Source: Lama guanicoe (lineage: Eukaryota). Taken from it: a stretch of DNA of 64,000 bases. Both the position numbers and the translations under genes were made by a program. This document shows, one piece after another, positions 1-13,098 of the stretch. Numbering within the stretch: position 1 is the stretch's first letter; every line of letters begins with the position of its first letter. The stretch covers positions 2,486,151 to 2,550,150 of the forward strand of contig MU054001.1 of assembly GCA_013239625.1 (NCBI GenBank), written 5' to 3'. The notes beneath the pieces are model-generated. The model was not told the DNA's origin. It saw only the letters and a list, made by a program, of their open reading frames with translations, and ran no database searches.

Positions 1-606
1 AGGTTTCTTTTAAATCATACTGCTAAACTGGATAAGGCATTTAAAAAGGCTAATGAGAACTATCATACAATTATTAGTAAAAAGGATTATGTGAGATTAA
101 GTAAGTTGGTAAATGTGGCTATAATTTTTTGGTTTTGTCTGAAATATTACTGGCACTTAATCGACATTTTCTCATTGAATTGTTTACCAGATGTTTGTCC
201 CCCTATCAATATTTCAGGTCACTGTTTTACTTCCAACCACACTGTTGCCCCTAATATTTAGGATAGAAAGAGAATTCTCTATTAGAGCTGTCATGATAAC
301 ACTTATGATGTGTAACAGTGCTTGCTCTATGTCTGTTGCTAAAAGCCCGTGTATGATGCTTGTCTAACAACTGGGTATAAGTGATAATGTATGGCCAATA
401 ATGTGTTTCCCTATTAACATGTCTCTGAACCTGTTCATGATATCTGATTAGTTGTCCCCCAACATGAATAACTAGGCAAATATAAGAGACCTAGCACTGA
501 GGGACATGATCAAAACCTGGGGCAGGAGCCATCACCCCAGCATTGAGGGAGGAATATTTTGGTCATCAATGCTTTCTATTAAAAGATTTAGAATCAAAAG
601 GGGAAA
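1..606 (+). mobile_element. 3' end of ERV1-like internal region ending in a polypurine tract
   Basis: Ends ...ttggtcatcaatgctttc...atcaaaaggggaaa immediately before TG at 607, the typical PPT/LTR boundary of class I ERVs. No intact ORF. Confidence 0.5.
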
Positions 607-950
607 TGATGGAAAAATCTGCACATATCGAGGTAAGGGGGAGTCATTCTGGCTTATACATAGTCTAACTTAAATGTTTCTGACCAAAGTGGCCTGTTTT
701 ATGGCCTTTTGGATGTGCATTGTACATCTGCTTTGGCCTTGAGGAGGGGAATGCATTTAAAAATCAAAATGGAGTAGCTGTGGTTCAGACATTCAAGATA
801 AAACTAGGTGGCCAGTGGAAGTAGGACTTCAGACATGTTCTTGCACCGTTGAGAACTCGAAGTTTCTGAGCTGTGTTATACTTGGGACACCACCAACCAT
901 TCTCAAAGCAGTGCGTGCTGGCAGCTGCAACCTTATGACTTCATCTCTTG
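607..950 (+). mobile_element. Probable ERV1 3' LTR (right end uncertain)
   Basis: Starts TG directly after the PPT; 3' boundary not resolved by eye. Confidence 0.4.
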
Positions 951-2239
951 TAGCTATTAAATTTTAGACAATTAAATTTAGATGAAATGGTAGCAATAAA
1001 AAAAAAGGAGATGTGTAATGGCCAATACCTCCTGTTATACGTATGTAAATACCACATCAAAATTAAAACCTACTTAGATAAAAATCAATTTGCTTGGCTT
1101 TCTGTTACAGAGGGCACATGAACTTGCCTTTGGTAAGAATGCAACAAGCAGAGGTTCCTAAAATGGATATTTATATGTATTTTTGTAAAAAGGAATCTCT
1201 TATCCAAGGAATGCACGTATGCATATTTTAGGGTTTCAGAGTAAGGAAAATCTGCAAAAAGATTTCTGTTTCTTGAATTGCATTCTAGTGCACTAGTATA
1301 CTTTCTCTTTTCTCTGTTTCTGGAAAGTCAAACCTTAAAATAGCTTTCACCACCCTCTCTCCAATATTTGGTATGTGGATGGGATTCTAAGTCACTCTAG
1401 ATTTCCCTAGAAATACTAGTTTGGACTTGCCTGACAGTGTGACTCTTGGCAAACCAAGATCATTTGATATAGAGTAACAGTGTCCACTGTAATACATCAA
1501 ACCTTTCTTCTTATTCCTCAACTCCAAACTGCCTTTTCGTTCCCTCTCACACTGACAGCCTGCTATCAATTGCAGCAGGAAGAACACAGCCTGGATATGT
1601 GGCAGGTAATTAGTTGGCTCTCTATCAGCAAGAGTTGGCCATTTTATTAAGTGTGTTCACATCTTGTTAGCAGTTCCTCGCCAGGACCCATCAGCATTGT
1701 GGCAGCTTTTAGTTTGTTAATGTAATATTAAGTCTCCTGGGTAATGAGGAACTGAGAAAGAACATTCTAATGGGGCAATATTTGCTGTCCTTATTTTTGC
1801 GTTGCCCCTGAGTATCTAATATCAGCTTTATGAGCCCACTGTCAAGAAGCACTGTCACCTTGTCCTACTTTTTTGTCCCTGTCCTCCTCCCCATAAAAGT
1901 GTCACCAGTTAAAGTTGCTCCAAAAATACTAGAGCAGAATGACTCTCATGAATTAGAAAAGTATCAAATCTCAGTGTCTCTTCTGCTGTTGTGAAACTGT
2001 CTTTAGAGCTAAGCTTATGGATTCCCCCACCCACTATGCCCACCATCCAATTTTGTTGCTAGCTTAAGTTGATATGTGCCTTGGAGTGAGTTAAGATTTT
2101 TCCACTTTTCATGTGTTAAATAATGATTTCACGTACGGACAAGACACCTGAGTTTTGGGGTCAGCAGCCTCAGTATCAAATTTAGCATCATGTCATCTTC
2201 TGCTCTTTCCTATCTTCATAGGGCAGTAGAATCTGTAAG

Positions 2240-2722
2240 GTTTTTTGCTTGCCTACCAGCTATTCTGCTGCTTTTGGTGACCGCATCCCCGGTTCTCCCT
2301 TGTCTGTGTGGTGGTGGTGTTGCTGACGCCATTCTCGGCCCCGAAATGGACAAGTGAACGGACCTGGCCAGTCACAGCACCACATCTTACTGGTCACAGG
2401 GATGGATTTGGAGGGAGCATGTAATTTAGCCACACCCTGGGTCTCTAGGGAAGGAAAAAACGCTTCATTAACTTGCGTTGCTCAGGAACAAACAAGTTTG
2501 TCACAGACACTGCGTGGGTGAAAATGATGTCCAGTCAAGGGAAGTGAGGCCAAGAGATGCAAGAACAAACCTGAGTCTGGTGACATGCTTCAGGCCTCGC
2601 GAGCCGGAGCTGCCTGCAGCATAGGTTGGGCTCTTCAAGTTTTCATGCCAATAAAGTCCCTTTTCTACCAAAGCCCCTGAGTTGGGTTTTGTCATTTGTT
2701 GCACATGAGTCCTGACTGATAC
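2240..2722 (+). mobile_element. MLT1-type (ERVL-MaLR) LTR, old
   Basis: 3' end gccaataaagtcccctttt...gagttgggttttgtcatttg...gagtcctgactgata resembles the MLT1J/K terminus. Confidence 0.6.
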
Positions 2723-3317
2723 TCATGCCACTTTTTCGTCCTGTTTCATATATCCACTTTTCCTTCCCTTTCGCAATCCTATGTATGCATCTCAGTCAAA
2801 ATCTGCTCATGCCCTAAGACTGAAGTCACATGCCCCTGCTTCCAAAAAGCAGGTTCTCCTGATCCCTCCTCTAGTCAGAATGAATTGCTCACCCTTCTCT
2901 TTTTCCACCTAAAATTCTCTATGGCACTTTTCACATTCACCTTTCACGTTTCCGTTTCTGTTTCTATTTATTGTTAAGCTTTCTGGCGGTGCCGTATCCT
3001 GAACATTTTAAATATTCAATAAGGTATTTGAACTGAAATTCGTACCTTTGGAGGCTGTGAGCACTTTTAACTTCTTAGGAAACATTAATTAGATTAGTGA
3101 TGGGTCCCCAAAGCAGCACTTCGGAAACTGACCTGGTGTACTTTAAGGTACTTGAGTTAACAGATATTCAGCTATGAAAAAGGTCTCATGGTCAAACAAA
3201 CCTGGGAAGCTTAGTTAAACAAAATGGAATTGGTACTTTGTTCAAGCCTTTATTACGCCAGTGAGCAACACGACTCTGCAGGCAGGAAACAGGGGGTGTG
3301 GATATGACTGGGATGAG

Positions 3318-3670
3318 TGTTAGTCAGGGTCCAGTCAGGAGACAGAGCCATGTAGTCACTGGAACTGGGGAGGTTTAATGTTAGATAATTGTTAACTCGT
3401 TTCAGGAGGTAAAGAGAAATCTAAAGAATACAGGAAGAAAGAAACTGGGGAGAGGGCTCCCCCATAACTGAGATCCACACCTTCTTGCAGACAGTGTGGC
3501 TCATTTCACTGGAAGGCAGAGAAATGACTGAGATGCCACTTGCCCCAGGCTTCAAGGAAGAAACTCCCACTGAGATGCCAGCAAACCTTGTTTCTGGAAG
3601 CTGCCCAGGGGGGACTCTTGAACTCGCTCCTCAGATCTCACGTCTGTCCGAGGGAAAGAACCCTGTATAG
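3318..3670 (-). mobile_element. ERVL-type LTR (LTR33-like), old
   Basis: Begins tgttagtcagggtccagtcaggagacaga, like the reverse-complement end of old ERVL LTRs. Confidence 0.4.
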
Positions 3671-4599
3671 TTTCACTTTGAAACTGGCAAGATTTAATCC
3701 CTCTTGTTTTAGATGTAGTAGCATTGACAACCACCAGCAGGATTTTAAGTTGCCTGAGGGCTGGGACCATGTCTTATTTTTCTCTCTGTGTGCCTTGAAG
3801 AGTGCCAAGTATGTAAACTGTTACCCTTTTCCCAACTTTATGCTGAGTTCATCATACTTCTTTAAGGCACTTAATATGTTCTGACATGAAACAAGATGAT
3901 GAGATTTTTGCTATTTTATTTTCTATCGTATTCCTAGTAGCTACAACCATAGTGGCCACTGAACAAATCTCTGAATGAATAAATGAGTGGATTGTTGTTT
4001 GATAACGCCTGCCCTTCAGAGGCCTGAGGCAGACATTCAGGTCATCTAGGAAGATATTCCCCAGGGGCAACTAGTAAGAAGTAGCCTCAAAACGATTACC
4101 AAGCAAAAAAGTCAAACCAAAACAAAGCCAAAAAAAAAAAAAGATGAAAAATGCACAGAAGCATTTGACATAGACCTTATGAATGACCCCAGTCCCCATT
4201 GTCCACGATCAAGAAATATTCTTATATATCCATTAAGGGCAACTATATGGAATATATGTGTATTAGTTCCTGTACTATTCTGTGAAAATAAGAAAACACA
4301 GATGATGGGAACTCAATGTGGGGCAATGATCAGTGTTCGATGTTGGAACAAGATGGGCTGGAGTTTAAGTATGAATCTTGCCTTCATTACTTACTAGCTT
4401 GATGATCTTACTTGGAGCTTATTTCCTTCTCTTTAAAAGGCAGTGTTAACCCTTTCTCTGCAAGGAGGTTGTACAGTAATGGAAATGTAGTCTTAGCAGG
4501 CACAACGTCTTGCTTAAAAGGGTCCAGTAGATTATAAATACTATTTTCATAGGTTTGAGTCTTTCTTCTGCTTTGTTGAAATCTCTTATAGCCTAACAC

Positions 4600-5070
4600 C
4601 TCAGATTCTTACAATGACCTAAAAGGCTTTATATAATCTGGACCTTGACTACCTCTCCCTCTGAGTTACTACCATTTTCACCTTCCTCACTGAAGGGGCA
4701 GTGCTGCCCCCCAGCCCTTTTAGTCTTCCCATGTGCTAAGCTTGTCCCTGCCTCAGGGCCTTTGCACTTGTTACTCCCTCTGCATAATATGCTCTTTGAA
4801 AAGTTGGCTCCTATTCAGCCAAAATGTTATTGCCTCATGCCACATCACTTTCTATTAAATCACTCTGTTTTATTTTCTTTATGCAACTTAGCACTCTCTG
4901 AAATGATCTGTTTATTTGTTTACTTGGATGTTGCCTGTCTCTCTCCAATAAAATGTTGAGCTCCCAAAGAACTAAAACTACATCTGTCTCAGTTTCTGCT
5001 GAAGCCCTAGTATGTAGAATAGCACCTGACACATAATGGGCCCAGGAAATATTTGTTGAGTGGATGAATT
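4600..5070 (+). mobile_element. LINE-2 3' fragment
   Basis: cctgcctcagggcctttgcacttg motif and terminal aaatatttgttgagtggatgaat. Confidence 0.75.
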
Positions 5071-6519
5071 TTTATCAGTCATTATCTTCCCTTCCTATTT
5101 GAAAAAACATAACTAAATCAGTCACAGTTTGTTTCATTGAGATTTGACTTGTAATATGGAGTGTTTGGCAATGCATAAATGATTAAAGTGAAAATTAAAC
5201 AGTTAGAGATGCTAAGAAAGAGGAAAAGTCTTGAAGAAAATCCCCAAACTTTTTTCCCCCAAAGTAGTGCGACTGATTTTCAATGTTTCCTTCAGTGTCC
5301 CTTTTCAACATTTGTTTTTTTCTCCCCTCCATCATCAATCATTGTCAATTTGAAAAAGTATAATACTTAGGGTCATTTATCTAGACCTATTGGAGTCTAA
5401 AATTATGCAGCTTCAGTCAAATATATGTGAATAAAGACTGTCATTTCTGATTAATGACATGTGACTTGAATGTCTCACAAAATCATGTGTGCCATCCAAG
5501 CTTTATAGAAAGGTTATTATCGCAAGGTCTTCCCCCTAATGTTTCTGCTTTTCCCTCTAAGAATCCTAGAGGATCAAGTTTCTCCATGGGACAAAAAGCG
5601 AATGTTTAATGATTTCCATTGTAATTGTTACTCAGGTCCTTGGTGTGCTGGACCAAGAGTGGTTTTCTAGTTGAAAATTCTCTTCCACTGGATGGTTAGG
5701 CAAGCTTATGTTGTTGCTGTTTTGCAATTTTTGTTGCCAACATAGCCTTCCCTATTATTGAAAAAATAATCCATGTAAGACACTAATCTTATTCAGCTGA
5801 CGCAGAAAAAAAGAAGAGTGAAAAACATGCCAATTCTTTGTCAATTACCCTTTCCATGATTCATCAACTCTCTTCTTGAAGCATGAAATTCCACTTCAGC
5901 AGAGTCCCAAAAATATGGAAAAGAAAGATTTAGAAAGCAAACCCAGAAGGAGGAAAAGCCAGGACTGAAATAATGAAAGATGAGGGATTTTTTTGTATGA
6001 AGTGACACTCTGTCTACTTCTCCTCAATGATATCACCCAGTCTCTTAGACTATTTCCATGAAATCACTTTGAGAATTCTTTTCTATCACAAGGAATATAA
6101 AAGGAGACCATTAGCAACATGAAAACATTGAAGACCATTTGGAAAGTCCAGTAGCATCTTGGTCCCTTCTCAAGTACCCTATGCACAGTAGGCATCTATA
6201 GCTCTTTTTTTGGTAACTGTCATACAGTAAATTAGGGAGTCTCTACTGCGCTAAGCTTTATGTCAAGTCCTGACATGAATACAAAAGCCCAATGAAACAT
6301 GGCCTTTGCCTGCAATATTTTACTTAGGGTTAAAACTCATTTTTTGAAAAAGGCACAATAGGCCACAAACAGCTGAAACTGTTTGTGGGTTGGGTGCTAT
6401 GTGTTCAGAAGAGAGAGAAAAGTGACACTTAGAGTGAATGAAGAATTTTTGGAGGAGGTGGCATTACACTTGGACTACGCCTTTAAGGATGAGCTGTTCG
6501 AATGATGAAAGAGGAGCCA

Positions 6520-7030
6520 TATTAGCCATGGTTGTCTTGGTTGTAAGTGATGAAATCAAATTCAAACTGGCATAAGTAAAACAGGGAATGGTTTGGTTCT
6601 CAGCTGTAAGCCCAGAGGTGGTACTGTGTTTAGGCATGGCTCGATCCTGGGTGTCCAGTGGTATTCTCCAAGATTAGTTTCATCTTCTCCATCTCTTGAT
6701 TTACATCTGCTTTATCTTATGTTGGCTTCATTCCCAGACAGGCTGTCTCTTTGGTAGCAAGATGTCTGCTAGCATTTCCAGATTTAAATCTCATCAACAG
6801 TCCCAACGAAAAGCAAATTCCCTTCTTCTAAACAATTCTAAACACCCTGGGACTCAGCCCAAGGCACTCTGATTGGGTCAAGTGTTCCTCTTTGAAGTAG
6901 TCATTGTGGCTTTCTGGTCCTTATTCTCTGTTAAGCAGAGATTAGAGTAGAGTCCTGTGGATGGAGGAGTGTTTCTCCATGGAAATTTAGGGTGCCGTCA
7001 GCAAGACGCATGGGGGAGTAGATGTTGGAT
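6520..7030 (-). mobile_element. MLT1-type LTR
   Basis: tattagcc...ttggttgtaagtgatgaaatcaaattcaaactggcataag is the reverse-complement MLT1J/K end. Confidence 0.55.
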
Positions 7031-7469
7031 AGACAGGTGTGAGACATGGCAGTAGGACGTAAATCAACACGTGTACAGGGGAAATTATGTTCAACTAAGA
7101 GGCGTTCTATAAATATAAATAAGTATAGTGGGTTGGTTGTGGAGTGGCAGTGGGAGTAAAACTTGATTAGAAGAACATTATCCAGGAAGAAAATGCTGTG
7201 TTCATGGAAGAAGGGAGAACAGAGATTGATTAGAACATAAAAATATCTTGGAAATGGTGAGTAAATAAAGCTAGAGAAACAGACTGGACCGAAATATAGA
7301 GGGACTGGAAGTGATCTAGAGGCTAGTTAGATTTTACGCGCCATATAAAAGCAATTAGCCGTTGACGGAGGCTAGATACCTTCTTTAAACATTGCACCAT
7401 GCTGTTTGCTGTGCCAAGAGACTCAAAAGGCCTCCCTACCTGTTTTCCTTCTGTGAAGGGAAAGGAGGT

Positions 7470-7887
7470 GGACTTAGTAGCATGCATTTCTCCCTAGAAG
7501 CTTGGTGTGAGCCATCCAGGGTGAGCCCTTTTCCCAGACCAGTGAGTGACTGGGCTGGAAGTGGGCGTGAGAGCCACCTCCACCTCAAGATAGGTGAGAA
7601 GTTTGTCGGAGGAATTTCTGCAGAAAGTTTTTTTTTCATAAGGAAGGTCTAAAGGGGGAGAGACTGTTTTCTTCCTCCTTGGGAAGCTGGCCCTGATACC
7701 TAGAACTGTTGAAAGCTTTTACTACCAGTCTGAGGATGGGAGCCCACACTAGCAAGATACAAGACCCTGGATCCTTGATGTCAAAATCCTGCAGCCTGCT
7801 CTCCTTTGGGCTTTCTGTTCTGTGACATGATCAATGTCTTTTTTGTTTCAGCCAGTTTGAGATAGGTTTTCTACTATTTTCAGCCAA
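7470..7887 (+). mobile_element. MLT1-type LTR
   Basis: Terminal gccagtttgagataggttttctac...cagccaaaagcaacctaagagatata. Confidence 0.5.
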
Positions 7888-9099
7888 AAGCAACCTAAGA
7901 GATATACTTTTCATATGGGAAATATTGACATAGAAATCCTTATTATACAGGCATTTATTTATTCTTTTATTATCCATGCAATAAAATCTTCATTAAAATA
8001 GAAAAGAAAAAGTTACATTATCATTTACAGAATTTCATATATATATATATACACATACACATATATAGTGCAACTTCATGGAGAAAAAAAAAAACTGGAA
8101 GGAAATAGACCAAAATCTTGAGTCCCTTTTCAGGCTATAAGTTTAGATGACATGATATTTTTCCTTGTTCTGTTTTTTTTTTTCTTTCCAGATGCTGTAT
8201 TAAAAAACCTGTTGCCTTTATAAAAACTAGAAAATGTAAATTTTTTTTCAAGACCAACCCGAATTCAATTAACCTGAATTTTGAGCAACTGGTTCTTGTT
8301 GATACTTTTATTTTCTGGGTAATTCAGAACCCTTTTGATTAGCAATTGTTCTGAAATCTATGAGTCACTTTTCTATCTTAGTAAATTATGTGGTAACCGG
8401 AATGGAATTTTTCCTTACTGATGGCAAATGTCTCAGGCTTCAGGTCATCTTTCGGAAAGTCAGGGCCTGGAGATACAGGCTGAGCTGGTGTTGGAAATTA
8501 GGCTTTATCTGTACTGACGGAGTGTGGCCCTGAAAACTGCCTACCCTCCCTGTCCTGTGAGCGAGTTCCTGACAGTCATTTTACTCTATTATTTGAATGA
8601 TTCACTTAGTATTTCTTTTTAAATTGGTTTACTCTCCTTTCAGGAAAAAATTAATTGAAAAGGAAAACTTACATTCACAATAAAAATTGGTATCATTTCT
8701 GATGCATAGAAAGCAAGCTATAAGGATAAGCCAAATAAAATGTAATGATATTAATCATATTCTCCCAGCTACTACTGCACGCTAAAGATTCTGAGCCCAG
8801 GTCCTGATCTGTCTTTATTTAAAACAGAGATTATCAAATGTTAGAGAGATATTAGAAAGACTGTTAATACCAAACTGAATCTTCTGGAGTACTGAGAAGA
8901 GTTGAAAAGGATTAACTTTCTGGCCAAGAGATTAAATATTATTTATAATTGCATTCCAGTGCCATTTGAAGTTACATCCTCCAGACCGCCCAAAGTGACT
9001 TATCTTTAATATTTGTGTGTTACCTGCTTCATTCCACATTTTAGGAAACAGTGAACTACATAAGTGGCTGCACATTAAAAACACTCGGGGGGTTAACAT

Positions 9100-9126
9100 G
9101 CACACACACACACACACACACACACA
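9100..9126. repeat. (CA)n microsatellite
   Basis: Direct reading. Confidence 0.95.
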
Positions 9127-9129
9127 GTC

Positions 9130-9288
9130 CTCAAACAATAATGTGCATCAAAATCCCCGGGAGCACCTGTCGAATTACAGCGCTTCTGACTCCGTAGGTT
9201 TGGCATGAGGTCTCAAAATTTGCATTTATGACAAGACCCCAGGTGATACCAACCCTGCCTCCGAAGACCCCACTTTGAGAATCACTGT
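9130..9288. mobile_element. MER5A-like hAT-Charlie MITE
   Basis: catcaaaatcccc...tttgcatttatgacaagaccccaggtgat...ccccactttgagaatcactg. Confidence 0.65.
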
Positions 9289-11699
9289 GCTGGACAATAG
9301 AGGAGCCAACCTAGGTCTAATTTCAAAACAGTTTTGCCTCCTCAGTTTCACTGAAGCCCATACATGTTCGTCTACATGGTGAGCGGAAGACTAGAGCAGA
9401 GCAGAGATCCAAATGAATTAAGATGCACATATTTCTTAACCTTTACTCCAGCTAGGAGTACATCAGTTCCTACAAGTTGAGCTGCAGCATAAAGTAAATA
9501 GATCTGCTCTGAGAAAAGGTCAGTACACGTGTTCGGCTACAATCTAATTTCAGTCTATTGCCCTCTGCCCCACTACTCATTCTGGTGCAAGAGATACAAT
9601 GGAGAAGAGCTTGAATTTAATTGTCTCTTCTATACTGAAAGCTTCTCGGCCCGCAGAATATTCATGAGAACCAAAGAGAAGAGCAGAAGAAGACAGGCTG
9701 GTCTGGCCACAGCCTCACACACGTCACTCCTCTATCTCGAAGACAGCCGCTTCTCTGGTTTCCAACAGCGTTTGGGAGCAGGCATTATTATATTTCATGA
9801 CAATCTTTTAAAATCTTAAAGCCGTCATCAGCTCTGTTTTCCTGCCTCTTCACTCACTCCGTGTCATTGCCAAGAACCCAGAGACCAGGAATTATTGCTG
9901 AAAGAAACCTCCAGCGCTTCTCACCGCGACGGCCTATTTGCCAGCCCTTCTGCCGATGGTGGGATTGCGTTGAGTTTCTATGACTTAATAATTACTTTAA
10001 TTTCACTTCACACTGTTCTGAAGAACTCTTTTTGAATGAAGGGCACTTACCACACTCCTCGTGCTTGCCTGGAACTGACGCCGCTAATCAGAATGTGTAG
10101 AATTAAATAAAAGAGTAATTACGGGAGGCTGTGATGTGTTATAACAGACGTACCGAACAAGGCTGGATCAACTCATTGCTCGGAAGAGATGTAATTTATT
10201 AAGGCAGTTTCAGCACAGATCTTACAAGCACAAGTGGGAGCATTTAACAGGGTAGAGAGGAGGGGGAAAAAACCTCATTTTTGAAGCATGGAATTTAATA
10301 AAATGATTCCAATTATTTTATTTATTCTGTGCACTATTCAGGTGCATCTTCCTGTAGCCCTTGGTGCTCAAATCTGTTTGAATTTCCTGTCCATGGGAAA
10401 TAGGTCCCTTCTTGGTTCAAATGACCAGGAAGGAAAGGCCTCTAAGGGTAGGGAAGGGGCCACTGAGATTAAAGATGTCTCCCCACCCCAAGGGTCTGGA
10501 GTAAGCCTCCAGTCCACCAAGCTACTCATCTCTCCCTTTCTTTTAAGATGATCCAGCGGGTGCTAAGTGGAAAACTCAAGGTGAGAGCAAGTGAGACCCA
10601 GGCTACTGGAAGTAGCTGAATTTAGGAGATGCTTTCTCTTTCGCTCTAGGTCCCCACCTAGCTCTGAGCTCTGCCAGCCTCTCAGGGAATGTTTTCCCTA
10701 AACACTGTACTTAGAGCTCATTAGCTAAATTAGATTGATTTCAATACCATTTTGATAGAATTTAGCTTTTGCTGTGGATCCAGACTCTTGCTAGGCATGG
10801 CGAGGAGGGAAAGAAAAGGTAGAAAACAAGGGTTATGTCTTCCCAAGGCTTATGAATAACTAACAAAGACAAGACAAGTCCATGCACTTCCAGATTTGAG
10901 AACAGATCCAGTATGCTATTAACTAATTGCTTCAAAAATAATGTCTAATTGTTCATAAACAGCCTAAGAGACAGGGTTTGTGACACTGCTTGGAGAACCC
11001 AAGTCTTGACCTGGTCTTGGGGAAAACCCTGAATGGCGAGTGATTCGCTCTCATTTAATAGGTCTGATTTGCCAAGAAGGGCCTTTAAAGGGTGACTTTT
11101 TGAGATGCTATATTTTTTCCCCTTGAGCTTGTTCTTCATCTGTCCTCTGTACAATTTGTGTGGAGTTATTCTCCTAGGTTGTGTAGGGCCGTCGTTTCAT
11201 TTATTTAGTCTCAAACTCATTTATCTATCTAAATTTTTATAAAATTTACAAAATCATATATATTTTTTTTCATGGATTAGACATATCAAAATCATATATT
11301 TTTTTCTTAAGTTTGTCTTGGGTCCACAAGTAGGCATCAAGCTTTTTGAGGATTACTGATACTCTGTATTCTTCTGTGTATCTTACCAGAGTGTTTAGGA
11401 CAGTATTTGTTTTTTTGTTTGTTTGTTTGTTTCCATAGAAGCATTAAATTCGCTAATTGATTACAATGAAATATAATGATGATCTTGGCTGTCTAGATTC
11501 GAAGTAGCACAAATCCCAAGTGTGGATAATGAGCAAATGTTTCTTTCATTTACTCCTTCTTTTTAATATTGCGCTGGTGACGAATGAGGCCAGAGGGTAC
11601 GTGAGTGGTGTTACAAGGCACAGCAGACTACACCAGAACAGACATGGGTTTTCAATTCGGAGACCTGGGCTCCAAACACCATGGGCCTGGCACCAAGTT

Positions 11700-11860
11700 G
11701 AGTTCTGGAAACCCTTACTCACTCAGGTTGCCCGTGTCCACCTCTGTAAAGCAGGCCTGACAGTAGTACTCACCCACACATGGATTTGGTGTGGATCAAA
11801 TGAAATAATATGTGCAAAACATAAAAAGAAGTCCTGGTCCTATGTAAATAAATAGAAATT
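11700..11860 (+). mobile_element. MIR SINE fragment
   Basis: cctctgtaaagcagg...ggatttggtgtggatcaaatgaaataatatgtgcaaa resembles the MIR core/3' region. Confidence 0.5.
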
Positions 11861-12529
11861 GTTGTTTATGATGATAAAATGGCGAGAATGGAGCACACAT
11901 TTCAACCAGCATAAACCAGTTTGATCAAGTCCAGACAGTTTGGCAGTTTCGATAAATCTCATGGCTTTATAAAGTCTCTCCTGTTTACTTGAAAAATCAT
12001 AACATTTTCCAAAAAAACAAATACAGGCCTCTTTAATTTGGGCTGTCTTGTGGATTGAGAAGTGCAGATGGTTACCAAATGGGCTGCTGGATTACTGGGA
12101 GGCAGCTGGATTAATTATCCTTCTCATCAGGTTGGGCGATCTTGGCTGGAGAAAGGAAAGTTCTGTACATGTCCCATCCCTGCGTGAGCCTGCCGAGCAT
12201 GGCAGGTCTGAGCAGCTCAAGGATCTGCCCTCGATCTCCTCCCTGCTCCAGATCGAGCCCTAATGGGAGCTTGGGAAGGGTGATGCACCGTTGCTGGTGC
12301 TCACAGAGCCCTCTGCTGAGTTTTGCCTTCATGCCATCCTTTTCCATTAAGGGCATCTTGTTTACCTTGAGAAACCAGCCTTGTCTCAGCCCCGAGAAAA
12401 GTTATGTGACCCAAGCCTGGCCAGTCAGAATTTTGTATTATCCTGGCTCCTAGGAGCAGCTGACCCAAGCCAGTCCATCCAGGGCCAAAGAGATGCAATT
12501 CTAGAACTATCAGAAAGCAGAAGCCTTAC

Positions 12530-13098
12530 TTCTCTTTTTTTCTTTTTTAATTCAAGTCTAGTTGACTTACAGTATTGTGTTAGTTTCAGGTGTACAGCAT
12601 AACGATCGGTTTTTTTGTAGATTACACTCCATTGTAGGAATCCCATTGCAAGATATTGGGTATAATTCCCTGTGATGTACAGTAAATACTTGTTGCTTAT
12701 CTGTTTTACGCATCATAGTTTGTTTCTGTTAATCCCATATTCCTTATTTATCCCTCCCTACCTCCTTCTCGCTTTTAGTTATCATGTTTGTTTTCTACGT
12801 CTGTGAGTCTGTTTCTGTTTTGTAAACAGATAAATCATTTGTATTATTTTTTCAGATTCCCCATATAAGTGATATCATATAGTTTGTCTTTCTCTGAGTT
12901 ATTTCACTAAACATAATATTCTCTAGGTCCGTCCAGGTTGCTGCAAATGGCAATATTTCATTCTCTACTATAAGTGAGCAATATTCCATTTTACTAATTA
13001 TACCATGAGTATATTCATATACTCCTTTACCATATTTTATATATACTTATACCACATCTTCTTAAACCAATTGTCTGTTGATGGGCTCTTGGGTTGCT
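12530..13098 (-). mobile_element. LINE-1 3' end (artiodactyl-type, 5' truncated)
   Basis: T-rich tail, then gttgacttacagtattgtgttagtttcaggtgtacagc; minus-strand translation includes the ORF2 C-terminal-like EQPKSPSTDNWFKKMWY. Confidence 0.85.

Noticed and set aside
3100..3300. Similarity to 43865-44130 suggesting a local duplication
   Set aside because: Better explained as two old copies of a hAT-Charlie-type MITE; family not assignable by eye.
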